Shown in pieces: positions 47,841-56,724 of a stretch of 64,000 nt of DNA. The notes below the pieces were generated by a model that made no database searches, had not been told where the DNA came from, and saw only the letters and a list, made by a program, of their open reading frames with translations. Source of the stretch: a phage; the sequence record OZ346228.1; one strand, written 5' to 3'. Made by a program: the position numbers and the translations under genes. Every line of letters starts with the position of its first letter. The stretch's first letter is position 1.

Positions 47841-48194
47841 ATGATCAGCGGGGCAAGTTTTATTATTGGCGCTATTGCTACGGCTTTAATTGTAAATAAG
47901 ATCCAGGATAAAAAGGAAAGAGGAAGTACCGCCCTTGCAGAATATCCATTTTGGGCATTCAACGATAACGAAGATTATATTATAAAGTATAAAAATAAAG
48001 AAGGTGACCAAGTAACACCGCGACCGATCCCGGCTTACAAAATGCAGGAAACACTATACCGCCTGGAGGCGGGTGGCGCAAAAATTGTAGACTTTTGGGG
48101 ATACGACCACACAGATCAGGAAGTTATAAAGCGCCGTATCCGGGCTATTCAGGCCAATATTGAAGTTAGCAAGGGGGGAATATATGAAAATTAA
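47841..48194 (+). CDS. hypothetical protein with N-terminal TM helix
   Basis: 117 aa; AAAGGAGA RBS; hydrophobic N-terminus. Confidence 0.5.
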   Translation: MISGASFIIGAIATALIVNKIQDKKERGSTALAEYPFWAFNDNEDYIIKYKNKEGDQVTPRPIPAYKMQETLYRLEAGGAKIVDFWGYDHTDQEVIKRRIRAIQANIEVSKGGIYEN

Positions 48195-48381
48195 TTTCGA
48201 GAAAATTGTAAAGCGCCCTCATGATTCCGAAGAGCTGCCAGAACGCCGCCAGCGTAACAATAAACTGAATAAGCCAAAAAGGTTTGGGAAGATCTGGCGT
48301 AATCATTATGATCGTAAATTGCCCGGCCTACTTTTGGAACGTGAACGACAGGCAGAACGATACCGCCATAAAGACAAATAA
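48184..48381 (+). CDS. hypothetical basic protein
   Basis: ATG at 48184 after GGGGGGA; the track start at 48160 overlaps the upstream gene; Arg/Lys-rich; terminator follows. Confidence 0.4.
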   Translation: MKINFEKIVKRPHDSEELPERRQRNNKLNKPKRFGKIWRNHYDRKLPGLLLERERQAERYRHKDK

Positions 48382-48389
48382 CAACCAAC

Positions 48390-48418
48390 GCCCCGCCATT
48401 GTGCGGGGCTTTTTATTT
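48390..48418 (+). terminator. rho-independent terminator
   Basis: GCCCCGC-CATTGT-GCGGGGC then TTTTTATTT. Confidence 0.7.
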
Positions 48419-48538
48419 CTATCCTACGAATAGCGCCCCTGGTTGGCCCTGTAAGCGCCAAAAAGGCCCCCACCTATGCAATCGCCCCTTTAACCTGAAA
48501 ACATCGCCCAGGGCCGTTTCATGGCGTTAAAAATATCA

Positions 48539-48566
48539 TTGACATCGTCAACAGGTTAGCTATACT
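48539..48566 (+). promoter_or_regulatory. sigma70-type promoter
   Basis: TTGACA, 16-nt spacer, TATACT. Confidence 0.5.
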
Positions 48567-48598
48567 AACCACATCAAAGAGAGAAAGGAGTAAACGCC

Positions 48599-48859
48599 AT
48601 GCGTAAATTAAAAAATTTTGATAAAGTTGATGTTATCCTGAATAATTTTTACTACTGCAACAACAAGGCTATTTGGTGGCGTGATAGTTCCACCGATAAA
48701 GTCAGGGCGCGCTTTCTTCAGGGGCACTGGCAAGGCCGCCCAGTGATTAAAATCATGGGGCAATCGGTAGCGTTTAAAAATTGCCGCCGTGTTGATGACG
48801 TTGAGGAGATTTTAAACATTTTGCGCCACAATAATTTAAAAAATAGTGTTGACAAGTAA
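48599..48859 (+). CDS. hypothetical protein
   Basis: 86 aa; promoter 48539-48566 and AAAGGAG RBS upstream. Confidence 0.5.
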   Translation: MRKLKNFDKVDVILNNFYYCNNKAIWWRDSSTDKVRARFLQGHWQGRPVIKIMGQSVAFKNCRRVDDVEEILNILRHNNLKNSVDK

Positions 48860-48876
48860 GCCTCAATAAGTATACT
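48849..48876 (+). promoter_or_regulatory. sigma70-type promoter
   Basis: TTGACA, 16-nt spacer, TATACT. Confidence 0.5.
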
Positions 48877-48933
48877 TAAACACACAGGCGGGAAAACTTC
48901 CCGCCACTAACAAAGAAAATAGGAGAAAATATC

Positions 48934-49557
48934 ATGACCACCGTTAACATTACCGCAGGTTACAATTTATCTTTCGACGTGCTGACCGACGAACAAAAAG
49001 AAAAAGCCGTTGAAATGGTCCGCGAAAGAGAAGAACACAGCGGGGATAACTTTTTTGCAGAAAGTGTAATTGAATACTATAAAGAATATGTTTTTCCAGA
49101 GTATGGCCTTGAAGATACCGAAGTACATTGGTCAGGCTTTTGGTGCCAGGGTGACGGCGCGTCAATCAGTGCTGAAAACGTGGATTTAGAAAAATTTTTA
49201 CGTAAAGTAAAGGCCCTGACCAAGTTCCGATCAATTCGTCACTTGTTCGGCACAATGCACGATGGCGAGTTATCAGCCAGTGTTGAACGCGACAAGTACA
49301 GCCATTACAGCCATGAAAACACTGTAAGCGGGTACATTGATACCACTTGGCTAGATCTGACCGCCAAACAAGAAAACAAAGTGGAAGACCTGGAAGAACT
49401 GATCACCGAGACGGTACGGGAGCTATCCCGCAAGGTTTACGTAGACCTGGAGGAGGCCTATCTAGAACAGTTCACCGCAGAAAACCTGATCGGCCTTATC
49501 GAGGCCAATGATTGGCGGTTTGATGTCGATGAATATGGTGAGATGACTTTTTCATAA
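48934..49557 (+). CDS. hypothetical protein
   Basis: 207 aa; promoter 48849-48876 and AGGAGAAAA RBS upstream. Confidence 0.5.
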   Translation: MTTVNITAGYNLSFDVLTDEQKEKAVEMVREREEHSGDNFFAESVIEYYKEYVFPEYGLEDTEVHWSGFWCQGDGASISAENVDLEKFLRKVKALTKFRSIRHLFGTMHDGELSASVERDKYSHYSHENTVSGYIDTTWLDLTAKQENKVEDLEELITETVRELSRKVYVDLEEAYLEQFTAENLIGLIEANDWRFDVDEYGEMTFS

Positions 49558-49647
49558 ATAAAGTGTTGCAATAACCTAAAAACCTGCTATATTAAAACTC
49601 AAGGGGGCAAGACGTTTGCCCCAACACAAAACAAAGAGGATAACATC

Positions 49648-50028
49648 ATGAAAAACACTACCAAGGCTATTGACACCGTTATGTTTAACCTGGTTACATT
49701 CCGTGAAGATATGAAAGATCTTCCTCGTGAAACAGTGTGCGACCATATCGAAAACTATCGCAAACTAATCAAAGAGTTGCCTTTAAAACGTGATCAATAT
49801 GCGGCTAACGCCATGCTTAATGCCATGATCAAAAAGATGATCCAGTGTGATTTAACCCTGGCCTATGATTATGCAGGCGGTCGTTTTGCAGTATACAATC
49901 AGCCCGTGCCCGGTATGAGCACCACCGAAGAATTGCACGCGCTCAATCTAAAACAAGACGTGTGGGATAGTATGCCTCGCGTGGTGGTATGGGTAGAAAG
50001 CGGAAAGATTTACGGCGATAATTTTTAA
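49648..50028 (+). CDS. hypothetical protein
   Basis: 126 aa; AAAGAGGATAA RBS; terminator follows. Confidence 0.5.
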   Translation: MKNTTKAIDTVMFNLVTFREDMKDLPRETVCDHIENYRKLIKELPLKRDQYAANAMLNAMIKKMIQCDLTLAYDYAGGRFAVYNQPVPGMSTTEELHALNLKQDVWDSMPRVVVWVESGKIYGDNF

Positions 50029-50037
50029 TCAGGTAGC

Positions 50038-50064
50038 AGGCGGCATATTTGCCGCCTTATTGTT
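50038..50064 (+). terminator. rho-independent terminator
   Basis: AGGCGGC-ATATTT-GCCGCCT then TATTGTT. Confidence 0.5.
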
Positions 50065-50092
50065 AATCAGAACTGTAAAAGAGGTACATAGA

Positions 50093-50464
50093 ATGGAATT
50101 TATTATTTTGGCTGTATTGGTTGCCTTGTTTAACGCCTGGATCGCTGGCAAGATGGGAAGATCCGCCTTTTTATGGTTTATTATATCTATTTTCCTGGGG
50201 GTGGTTGCAACTATTGTATTGGTTATCCTTGCAATTGTTGACAAGGGGAATAATAGAAAGGGTAAAGTATTTTCAGACCTGTACGACGCTCAAACGTTTG
50301 TCAACGCCTATTATAGTGATCTTCCAGTCTCCCTACGTTGCAGCCTTGCACAACAGGTTTTCGATGAAGCTAAAACCAGAGATCACGCCCATGAGATTTG
50401 TTTAACTGAGGCGGATCGCCTATTTGAGAGGAATAGAAAATATGTGGACCAGCCGTTTAAATAA
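50093..50464 (+). CDS. hypothetical membrane protein (two predicted TM helices)
   Basis: ATG after AAAGAGG; the track start at 50060 lies in the terminator. Confidence 0.45.
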   Translation: MEFIILAVLVALFNAWIAGKMGRSAFLWFIISIFLGVVATIVLVILAIVDKGNNRKGKVFSDLYDAQTFVNAYYSDLPVSLRCSLAQQVFDEAKTRDHAHEICLTEADRLFERNRKYVDQPFK

Positions 50465-50683
50465 TGCCACGTTAATTAACCCCTTTAGTAAAGATTTGAA
50501 GCCAGCCGCCTGGCGGGATGGATTCAATAACGAACGCTTTATTTTCAGGCCTGATCTTGAGGAATTTTATAACAATGGATCGAACAACAGCGGAGATAAT
50601 TTTTCTTGTGGTGTGTGTCGTGATAGGACTCCTGGGGGGCCATTGTAGATCGCGTCACTACTACCAGAAGGAAAGGGGAGACG

Positions 50684-50803
50684 ATGACAACCAAGGATAA
50701 GCCCCGCACCGATAAGGTGCGCCGTGTTATGGTATGGCTTGAGATCATCGCCCTTGAAATATTGTTAGGCGTAGGGATGTATTTTATCTCTGTAAGTAAC
50801 TGA
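50684..50803 (+). CDS. hypothetical small membrane peptide (not in ORF track)
   Basis: 39 aa read manually (MTTKDKPRTDKVRRVMVWLEIIALEILLGVGMYF...); AAAGGGGAG RBS; terminator follows. Confidence 0.35.
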   Translation: MTTKDKPRTDKVRRVMVWLEIIALEILLGVGMYFISVSN

Positions 50804-50807
50804 TAAC

Positions 50808-50838
50808 GGCCCCCGATCCCTGGGGGGCCTAACTTTTT
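50808..50838 (+). terminator. rho-independent terminator
   Basis: GGCCCCC-GATCCCT-GGGGGGCC then TAACTTTTTTC. Confidence 0.6.
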
Positions 50839-50946
50839 TCAAAAAATTTTTCTTCCGGGGTGTTGCAATCCGGTCCTGAATATGGATAATAACAATCAAC
50901 GGGGAAACATCCCCACCAACACAAAAACCAGAAAGGAGAAACAAAA

Positions 50947-51147
50947 ATGAGCAACAATATCCGCGTTATTAACTTCAAAAAAGAAGAAAAAATTGCCGTG
51001 CTGATTGACGGTCAAGAAATCTTCAAGGGCGACTATGAAGATCATCAAACGGCGATTAGTATCACTCGCGTGATTGGTTACCATAATTTTTACCCCCAAG
51101 GCGCTGAGGCGGCGGTTAAACGAATCAAAGAGATTGTAGGCCTGTAA
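50947..51147 (+). CDS. hypothetical small protein
   Basis: 66 aa; AAAGGAGAAAC RBS; followed by palindromic repeat copy 3. Confidence 0.45.
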   Translation: MSNNIRVINFKKEEKIAVLIDGQEIFKGDYEDHQTAISITRVIGYHNFYPQGAEAAVKRIKEIVGL

Positions 51148-51150
51148 AAT

Positions 51151-51194
51151 TTATTTTTAGATGGCCTTGACTCTAGGGCCATCAATAAAGTAAA
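51151..51194 (+). repeat. palindromic promoter-associated repeat element, copy 3
   Basis: TTATTTTTAGATGGCCTTGACTCTAGGGCCATCAATAAAGTAAA; 3 substitutions from copies 1 and 2, all in the loop. Confidence 0.6.
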
Positions 51195-51240
51195 TTTAAA
51201 CCCTGTTAAAATACCACGCAGTTAACAAGGAGTAATGATC

Positions 51241-51540
51241 ATGTTTATCCAGGCTAATAATCTTTATTTCTTTGATGGTCAGATCGTAGATGGTGTGGAA
51301 GTGGAGATCACTGGGTGCCCTGGTGGTCAGGCTATGACTTTTCGGAATAATGCCTTTGATGATTCTCATATCGTTATGAGAATGGAAGTTACAAAGCTGG
51401 ACGACAAGAAAACGCTCATTGACTATTCCGTGAAAGATCATCCAGACTACCACATGATCTATGGTGATTTGTGCATTGTTGACCGTGACAAGGTGGGCGG
51501 CATTGTGATCGCTATTGTGAACGATGTTTTCTCTGTATAG
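51241..51540 (+). CDS. hypothetical protein
   Basis: ATG after AAGGAG; terminator follows at about 51598-51631. Confidence 0.45.
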   Translation: MFIQANNLYFFDGQIVDGVEVEITGCPGGQAMTFRNNAFDDSHIVMRMEVTKLDDKKTLIDYSVKDHPDYHMIYGDLCIVDRDKVGGIVIAIVNDVFSV

Positions 51541-51597
51541 TTCCGCAAATGATGCAAAAGAAGGCCCCTAGCAGGGCCTACAGCGATATAATCACAT

Positions 51598-51631
51598 AAA
51601 GGCCATGCAACCGCATGGCCTTTATTATTTT
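51598..51631 (+). terminator. rho-independent terminator
   Basis: AAAGGCCATGC-AACC-GCATGGCCTTT then ATTATTTT. Confidence 0.65.
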
Positions 51632-51763
51632 GGCGTTACAGCGGCCCCAAGGCGCTTAAAAATTTTTTAAAGAAGTACTTGCATCAAGCCCTACAATATG
51701 GATAATAGGACGTGTCAGGGGGGGAGGCCCCAATCATTAACCGGATAGATAGGAGTTAAAACC

Positions 51764-52048
51764 ATGGCTATTGTTACCGCTGGCGATGTAGTAGAAATGG
51801 AAGCAAAATACTTAAAAGCGGGTATGCATATCCTACGCAACGATCTTGAACTGGTCCTGACAATGGTTGACTATAACCCAGGGCAAGATTATCCAAGTGT
51901 TGACTACTTTTTTGAGTATGTTGATGAAGAGTTGAAAGAGGATGAGGCCTATTGCGGTGAGTTCTGCAACTTCTTTTGTCCTGATGAGGTTGTAAAGGTT
52001 ATCTATCAACCTGGCGTAGCTTTCCCGCTGCACGCTATCAATAAATAA
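51764..52048 (+). CDS. hypothetical acidic protein
   Basis: 94 aa; AGGAG RBS; terminator follows. Confidence 0.45.
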   Translation: MAIVTAGDVVEMEAKYLKAGMHILRNDLELVLTMVDYNPGQDYPSVDYFFEYVDEELKEDEAYCGEFCNFFCPDEVVKVIYQPGVAFPLHAINK

Positions 52049-52052
52049 ACCT

Positions 52053-52080
52053 GGCGGGGCCGAAAAGGCCCCCGCCTGAA
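52053..52080 (+). terminator. terminator-like hairpin
   Basis: GGCGGGGCC-GAAAA-GGCCCCCGCC with a weak U-tract (TGAAATT). Confidence 0.45.
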
Positions 52081-52110
52081 ATTATGAAAAATAAAAAGAG
52101 GCAAACTATC

Positions 52111-52344
52111 ATGATGGAACAAATTAAACGCGCTGAGGCTATTAATGGCAATGTAATCTATTTTGTCAGCAAAAACGAAAAAGGCGTACCCTATGCGGCG
52201 GTAATAGTACAGCCTGACGGCGATTATTGGTGCACTGTGTACGGCGCTTATTCTTTTGGGCGTCCAGTGCATGATAAAATTTTGAAAGTAGCGAACCCTA
52301 CCGGGAAAAATATTACAGCAGAAAAATTTTTTGAAAAAAGTTGA
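52111..52344 (+). CDS. hypothetical small protein
   Basis: ATG after AAGAGG; the track start at 52084 has no RBS. Confidence 0.45.
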   Translation: MMEQIKRAEAINGNVIYFVSKNEKGVPYAAVIVQPDGDYWCTVYGAYSFGRPVHDKILKVANPTGKNITAEKFFEKS

Positions 52345-52368
52345 CATGACCATATAAAACTGTAGTAT
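52341..52368 (+). promoter_or_regulatory. sigma70-type promoter
   Basis: TTGACA, 16-nt spacer, TAGTAT. Confidence 0.45.
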
Positions 52369-52421
52369 ATAAATCAAAAGGGGGCAACAAGCCCCACCAA
52401 CCACAAAGAGGATAAAAAATC

Positions 52422-52601
52422 ATGGCTATTATTGCAAAGACCGAGATCGTAGGCTTAGATTCTATTCTCCTCGCATATGAGGAAGCTATAGAAATGTATG
52501 TGGTTTCCTATGGTGAGTATATCCGTGAATATGAATCTATTGATCTAGCTTTTGAATGTTATATTCGCCAGGTTAATAAAGCGTACGATGATTATCGTTA
52601 A
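52422..52601 (+). CDS. hypothetical small protein (not in ORF track)
   Basis: 59 aa read manually (MAIIAKTEIVGLDSILLAYEEAIEMYVVSYGEY...); AAAGAGGATAAAAAATC RBS; promoter at 52341-52368. Coordinates approximate. Confidence 0.35.
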   Translation: MAIIAKTEIVGLDSILLAYEEAIEMYVVSYGEYIREYESIDLAFECYIRQVNKAYDDYR

Positions 52602-52692
52602 AATAGTTTGACAACAAACAACCATCTAACAAAGCATAATACATAAGGTGGTAGAATGATCCGCCACCCGGAACAAAGAAGAGGTAAACACC

Positions 52693-52938
52693 ATGAAAAG
52701 CAATAAAGGTTATAACGGTTACAAAAACAAAACTCATTGGAATGTAAGCCTTTGGATTAATAACGATGAGTCATTGTACCGGTTGGCCCAAGGATTTATT
52801 AACGCTAATGCTAATCGTAATGATGCGGCGCGGGATATGATGCTTTTTCTGGAGCTAACCGGACAAGATAAGACCCCGGACGGCTTCAAGTACAGCACTA
52901 CGGCGATCCGTGCCGCGATGGTTGGAATGAAACACTAA
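52693..52938 (+). CDS. hypothetical small protein
   Basis: 81 aa; AAGAAGAGG RBS; last + strand gene before the large non-coding region. Confidence 0.45.
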   Translation: MKSNKGYNGYKNKTHWNVSLWINNDESLYRLAQGFINANANRNDAARDMMLFLELTGQDKTPDGFKYSTTAIRAAMVGMKH

Positions 52939-53256
52939 AAGCACATAGCCGCCAGATCTCAGAATTTACGTACGCTCACCAGTCTATAGCCTGCTAAGTA
53001 TTTATTCCAACCATAGAATAACGGAATAGTCAATACCTGCATAAAATAATTATTCGTGTAAACTGCATAACATAAATCGGCTAGGATGTCAACATTTTTC
53101 GTAAACAGCTCGAAATTATAACGGTGAGTTATAATAAACAGAGAAATCTTTAGTCGTCTAATGTTTACTGTACATTACTATACTGACTGGAATCATTAGA
53201 TGACTAAGAGAAAGATAAGAAATCATTAACAATGCAATTGTTTTATTCGTAACAAT

Positions 53257-53692
53257 AAGGCAACTATGCAAACGGATGGCATGGCGCGACGGAGTCGCGA
53301 CATAATATAAAAGCAGTAACCATCACCCCCGTGATAGTTTGTCTGCAAACTATTAATCAGATCATAGTTGCCTTGTATTTAGTTAATCATGACATAACAA
53401 GCAAGGCAACTATAGATCTGCTAATAGTTGCCCTGCTTTTATATTATGTCATAGATTATTAGCCTGTTAATTGTTAGTCAGTCAAATCAACAACGTTATC
53501 ATTTCAGTCTTTATTGTTGTTGATCGTTATTGTTATCATGCAAACGAATGGCATGGCTTATCATTTTTGAGTAAACAATCTATACGTGAACAGTGAGGCA
53601 TGCAATAGTAAGGGCGGGAATAATGAGAGTGTAAACTGTCAGGCATGTCAATTATATCAATCGTGTCAGTTATGTCACCATTATGTCAGACA
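53257..53692. repeat. iteron and hairpin cluster within the large non-coding region
   Basis: GGCAACTAT motif four times (two forming a 12-bp stem hairpin at ~53364-53413); direct repeat ATGCAAACGRATGGCATGGC at ~53266 and ~53538; five spaced TGTCA repeats at ~53636-53692. Confidence 0.5.
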
Positions 53693-54215
53693 AGTTTTTC
53701 TCCTCTTTGTCAAGTGCTGCATGAAAAATTTACAATCTTGTATGGTAGCATTTTTGCGGCCCTGTTTACATTCAGTATTGTATGTATAATCCTTGTTGTG
53801 TGGGCGTTTAGACGTCTAGACGGTCAGAAGTCTGCAGGTTAATATCTAATCTATCGGCTGCTAACTATATCCCACACAAATAGTAAGAAATATAATTGTT
53901 ATGTGCGTAAACAGTAACTCATGTTATCAATCCCTGTATGTATCGCCAGTGGTGCGCATAATGGGTATTATGTTAAATTGCCCGTAATGATAATGGTTCT
54001 CACAATGATAGGTATTCTCATTCCCCCACACAAAATAGATTGCAAATGTTGTGCCACTATGTGAACGGCCTCACCTATTAATTTGCCTCACTGCCTCGAT
54101 ATTTGAGAATTATCATAAGAATGAGAAGTATTCCCATTTCGTCCGCCTGGCAGCACTCCAGTCGCTACGGCTCAGAACAGGGCAGAATTGTGTCCATTCA
54201 GATATTTCTGTCTGG

Positions 54216-55423
54216 CTCTTCAGGTCTGTGTGGGAAAAGTCCACCTCTCTGGCGGGGCATGGGGTCATGACGGGAAAATTGCAGGTCAATTAAAAAATTT
54301 ACGTGGTGTATGAAGCGCTCTTCAGGTAAGGCATGTATTATGGGATGAAACCCTCTTCAGGCAATGATATTTGTGGGTGTGATATTTGCTGGAAAGCCAG
54401 ATATGACGGGACTCCCGGCGGGGCAGGGGTAGTACAGACAGGGGAAATATGGAGGATGTGGTTAGGTGAATTGATCAGACAGGTAGAGTATGGAATATGT
54501 TACAGGTATGTTAAATAGGGCGGCTGAATATCTGTAGGATTTGTGTGTAAAATCAAAGACTTAAGTGGTGTTGTGGTATTTTCTATAAATAATTCAAGTT
54601 TAATAGGTAATATTTGTCTCTATTCGCTTTGTGTGGTAAACAGATTCAGATGAGATTGGTTTACAAGCGTATACATAATATACAAATTAAAGATACAAGA
54701 AACCCCCCTCCCCCTTCGGCTACCATTCACCTTTTCCTCTGACTGGTACTTAAACACTTATTCAGACTCTTCAGGTTATCACCCATATATCATATGGCAG
54801 TGACTGGTGTCCTCCGGCCCCTCTTTCGTCACCCGTCCGCTTCGCCATGCTAATGCCATAGCCAATGGTTCGGTTGTTCACCCTGTTCACTCAGGTGTAT
54901 CTCCATACCCCTTCAAAACGAAGAGAACAGAAAACCCGAATTACTCGGTAAAAGAAAAGAGAAGAACTTAATTTTATCAGGATAGGCAAGAATGTCAAGG
55001 CATGACTGCTCACTAAACAAGCAAACAGTCATGTGTGGGAGGTAAGTGATTGTGGTGGTAGGAAATTTAGTTGAAAGATGTGTTATAGGTGCTTCCAGCA
55101 CTTTAGCCGGGCAGCTAATTGTGTGTCAGTCCAGCGGTTCATCCTCTACTTCACTGAAATCAATGTTCATGGTCTCTTCCCAACCATCGATCTCAGCACA
55201 AGAGTGGAGTTCTTTAGGGTTTACTCCTAAAGCCTCAGCAACAGAGTCTATATTTAACACCTCTGGCAGGTATGATTCATCAAATTCAAGGTAAATCAGG
55301 CCACGAGTGTTGTCAGCTCCACCAAATATTTCTATCTTCATAAAATCTCCTCTGGAAATGAGAGTGTGAACAGGGTTTTATACGTCCCAATGCACAGGAA
55401 TTATGCACGTTTTCCTCTTCAGG
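54216..55423 (+). repeat. five same-orientation copies of the 9-mer CTCTTCAGG
   Basis: Copies at about 54216, 54318, 54353, 54767 and 55415, all on the + strand, in a region without convincing ORFs. Confidence 0.5.
55126..55341 (-). CDS. hypothetical acidic protein
   Basis: 71 aa; first minus-strand gene after the non-coding region. Confidence 0.4.
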   Translation of the reverse strand: MKIEIFGGADNTRGLIYLEFDESYLPEVLNIDSVAEALGVNPKELHSCAEIDGWEETMNIDFSEVEDEPLD

Positions 55424-55462
55424 CCATGCTTTAGCATGAGGAACCTGTGTGGGCTCGGTGCT

Positions 55463-55675
55463 TCATAGTCTACCACCTCTGAACTCTTCGTGCTCAGGCA
55501 TAATAGAGAACCAGATATCTACGATGTCCTCCCACGTCAGGTCATCAGCCTCAGGATCTGTCTGGGACGAAGATGAAGAGTCCTCAGAATCTAAGTTTTC
55601 CTCTTTAACTGGCTCATCCAAGGGACATATGGTCACTCCTTCGGATGTCTCTTCAGATGCATGTGTGTTGATCAT
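55463..55675 (-). CDS. hypothetical acidic protein
   Basis: 70 aa, Ser/Glu/Asp-rich. Confidence 0.4.
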   Translation of the reverse strand: MINTHASEETSEGVTICPLDEPVKEENLDSEDSSSSSQTDPEADDLTWEDIVDIWFSIMPEHEEFRGGRL

Positions 55676-56035
55676 GTTCCACCCGTGAGTATTCCGGCAA
55701 CAGCTGCTATGGACGTAATGATCATCAGGATCACCACTAAAACTTCGGACAATGTTCTCATTGTGTACTCCATATTCTACAAACTATGTGTGGATACTAT
55801 CACTGGATCGGTAATGTGTCAACAGAAACGCCGCGAGGGTTTGGTTAAAATCCGAGCGTATGGTGATTTGGGTCAAAACGGACGTGCGTTCTCGCTACGC
55901 TCGAAAGAGAGATTTGTTTGTAGGAAGCTCTTAAACGCTCTGTAATGAGATTATCTGTCCAAGGTATGCAATCGTGCACCAGATAAAGAAAAGGACGCCA
56001 CAGAGCGTCCTAGGTGTCTTAAATTTGATATTTTG

Positions 56036-56347
56036 CTATACCCATGAGGGCTTATCAAGGTTGGAGTAGCTGAAAGGTGTCAAAAGGTGACTGTCAAAAT
56101 CTCTCAAACTATCTAAATCTTTTTCCTCGTCCTGACACCATCTGTGCCTACATTTATTGTTGTAGTGCATAGAATGCATAGCGTTCTGCAACTTAACAGG
56201 TACAAGTGATTCAGGAGTAGATAGTATTGTTGGGTATGCCAGAATCACCTCAAACAGTGGAAACACATCGAAACTAAAGTCTACCTCTGCAGAGGTTGAT
56301 GGCATATAGGAGTATTTAGCCGCCTTTGTAGACATAATCCACCTCAC
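56036..56347 (-). CDS. hypothetical protein
   Basis: 103-aa ORF overlapping the upstream gene by 4 nt. Confidence 0.45.
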   Translation of the reverse strand: MRWIMSTKAAKYSYMPSTSAEVDFSFDVFPLFEVILAYPTILSTPESLVPVKLQNAMHSMHYNNKCRHRWCQDEEKDLDSLRDFDSHLLTPFSYSNLDKPSWV

Positions 56348-56670
56348 ACAGGTTTGATAATACCTTTACCGAATAATTCTTCGTATCTAATCTTATCCGG
56401 ATCCCACTCTTGGATAATTTCGAAGACAATATCCAACCCAGGGATAATCACTTCTCCAGTGTCAAGTTTGGCAAGAACAAAACCAGAAGGCTGAATGGTT
56501 TCCCAGTTGCGCCGATTGGAATAGAAGACCTCGAAAATATCGCCGACCTTTATCTGTTGATCAAGATGTTCAAGATTCTCTTTCATATAGACGCAGCGGA
56601 TTTTTCGTGCAGGCCATAGACCACCTGCATCACGTTCATTTAGCTCTTTTACAGTAATCGGTATACCCAT
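56344..56670 (-). CDS. hypothetical protein
   Basis: 108-aa ORF; GAGATTTGAG RBS-like region; downstream of the bidirectional terminator. Confidence 0.5.
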   Translation of the reverse strand: MGIPITVKELNERDAGGLWPARKIRCVYMKENLEHLDQQIKVGDIFEVFYSNRRNWETIQPSGFVLAKLDTGEVIIPGLDIVFEIIQEWDPDKIRYEELFGKGIIKPV

Positions 56671-56692
56671 CTCAAATCTCCTTCATAGATAG

Positions 56693-56722
56693 TAAAAAGA
56701 GGGGCCCAAGCCCCCTCTTTGT
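56693..56722. terminator. bidirectional terminator-like hairpin
   Basis: AAAAAGAGGGG-CCCAAGC-CCCCTCTTTG; A/T tracts on both sides. Confidence 0.55.
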
Positions 56723-56724
56723 CA

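Noticed and set aside
48934-49557. Anti-restriction (ArdA/ArdB-like) assignment for the 207-aa early protein
   Set aside because: Only a vague resemblance of acidic composition and position; no motif I can name with confidence.
53586-54518. Short + strand ORFs inside the large non-coding region (53586-53789, 53645-53842, 54051-54293, 54333-54518)
   Set aside because: Cys/His-rich or low-complexity products, overlapping frames, no SD sequences, and they run across iteron repeats; treated as non-coding.
52939-55125. tRNA genes or a CRISPR array in the large non-coding regions
   Set aside because: No GTTCRANYC-type T-loop with appropriately spaced acceptor stems was found by eye, and the repeats are of several families with irregular spacing rather than one repeat separated by unique spacers. 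A tRNAscan-type search should still be run to confirm.
55046-55945. + strand ORFs 55046-55294, 55449-55688 and 55661-55945
   Set aside because: Antisense to better-supported minus-strand genes or lacking an RBS; the products look like frame-shadow translations.
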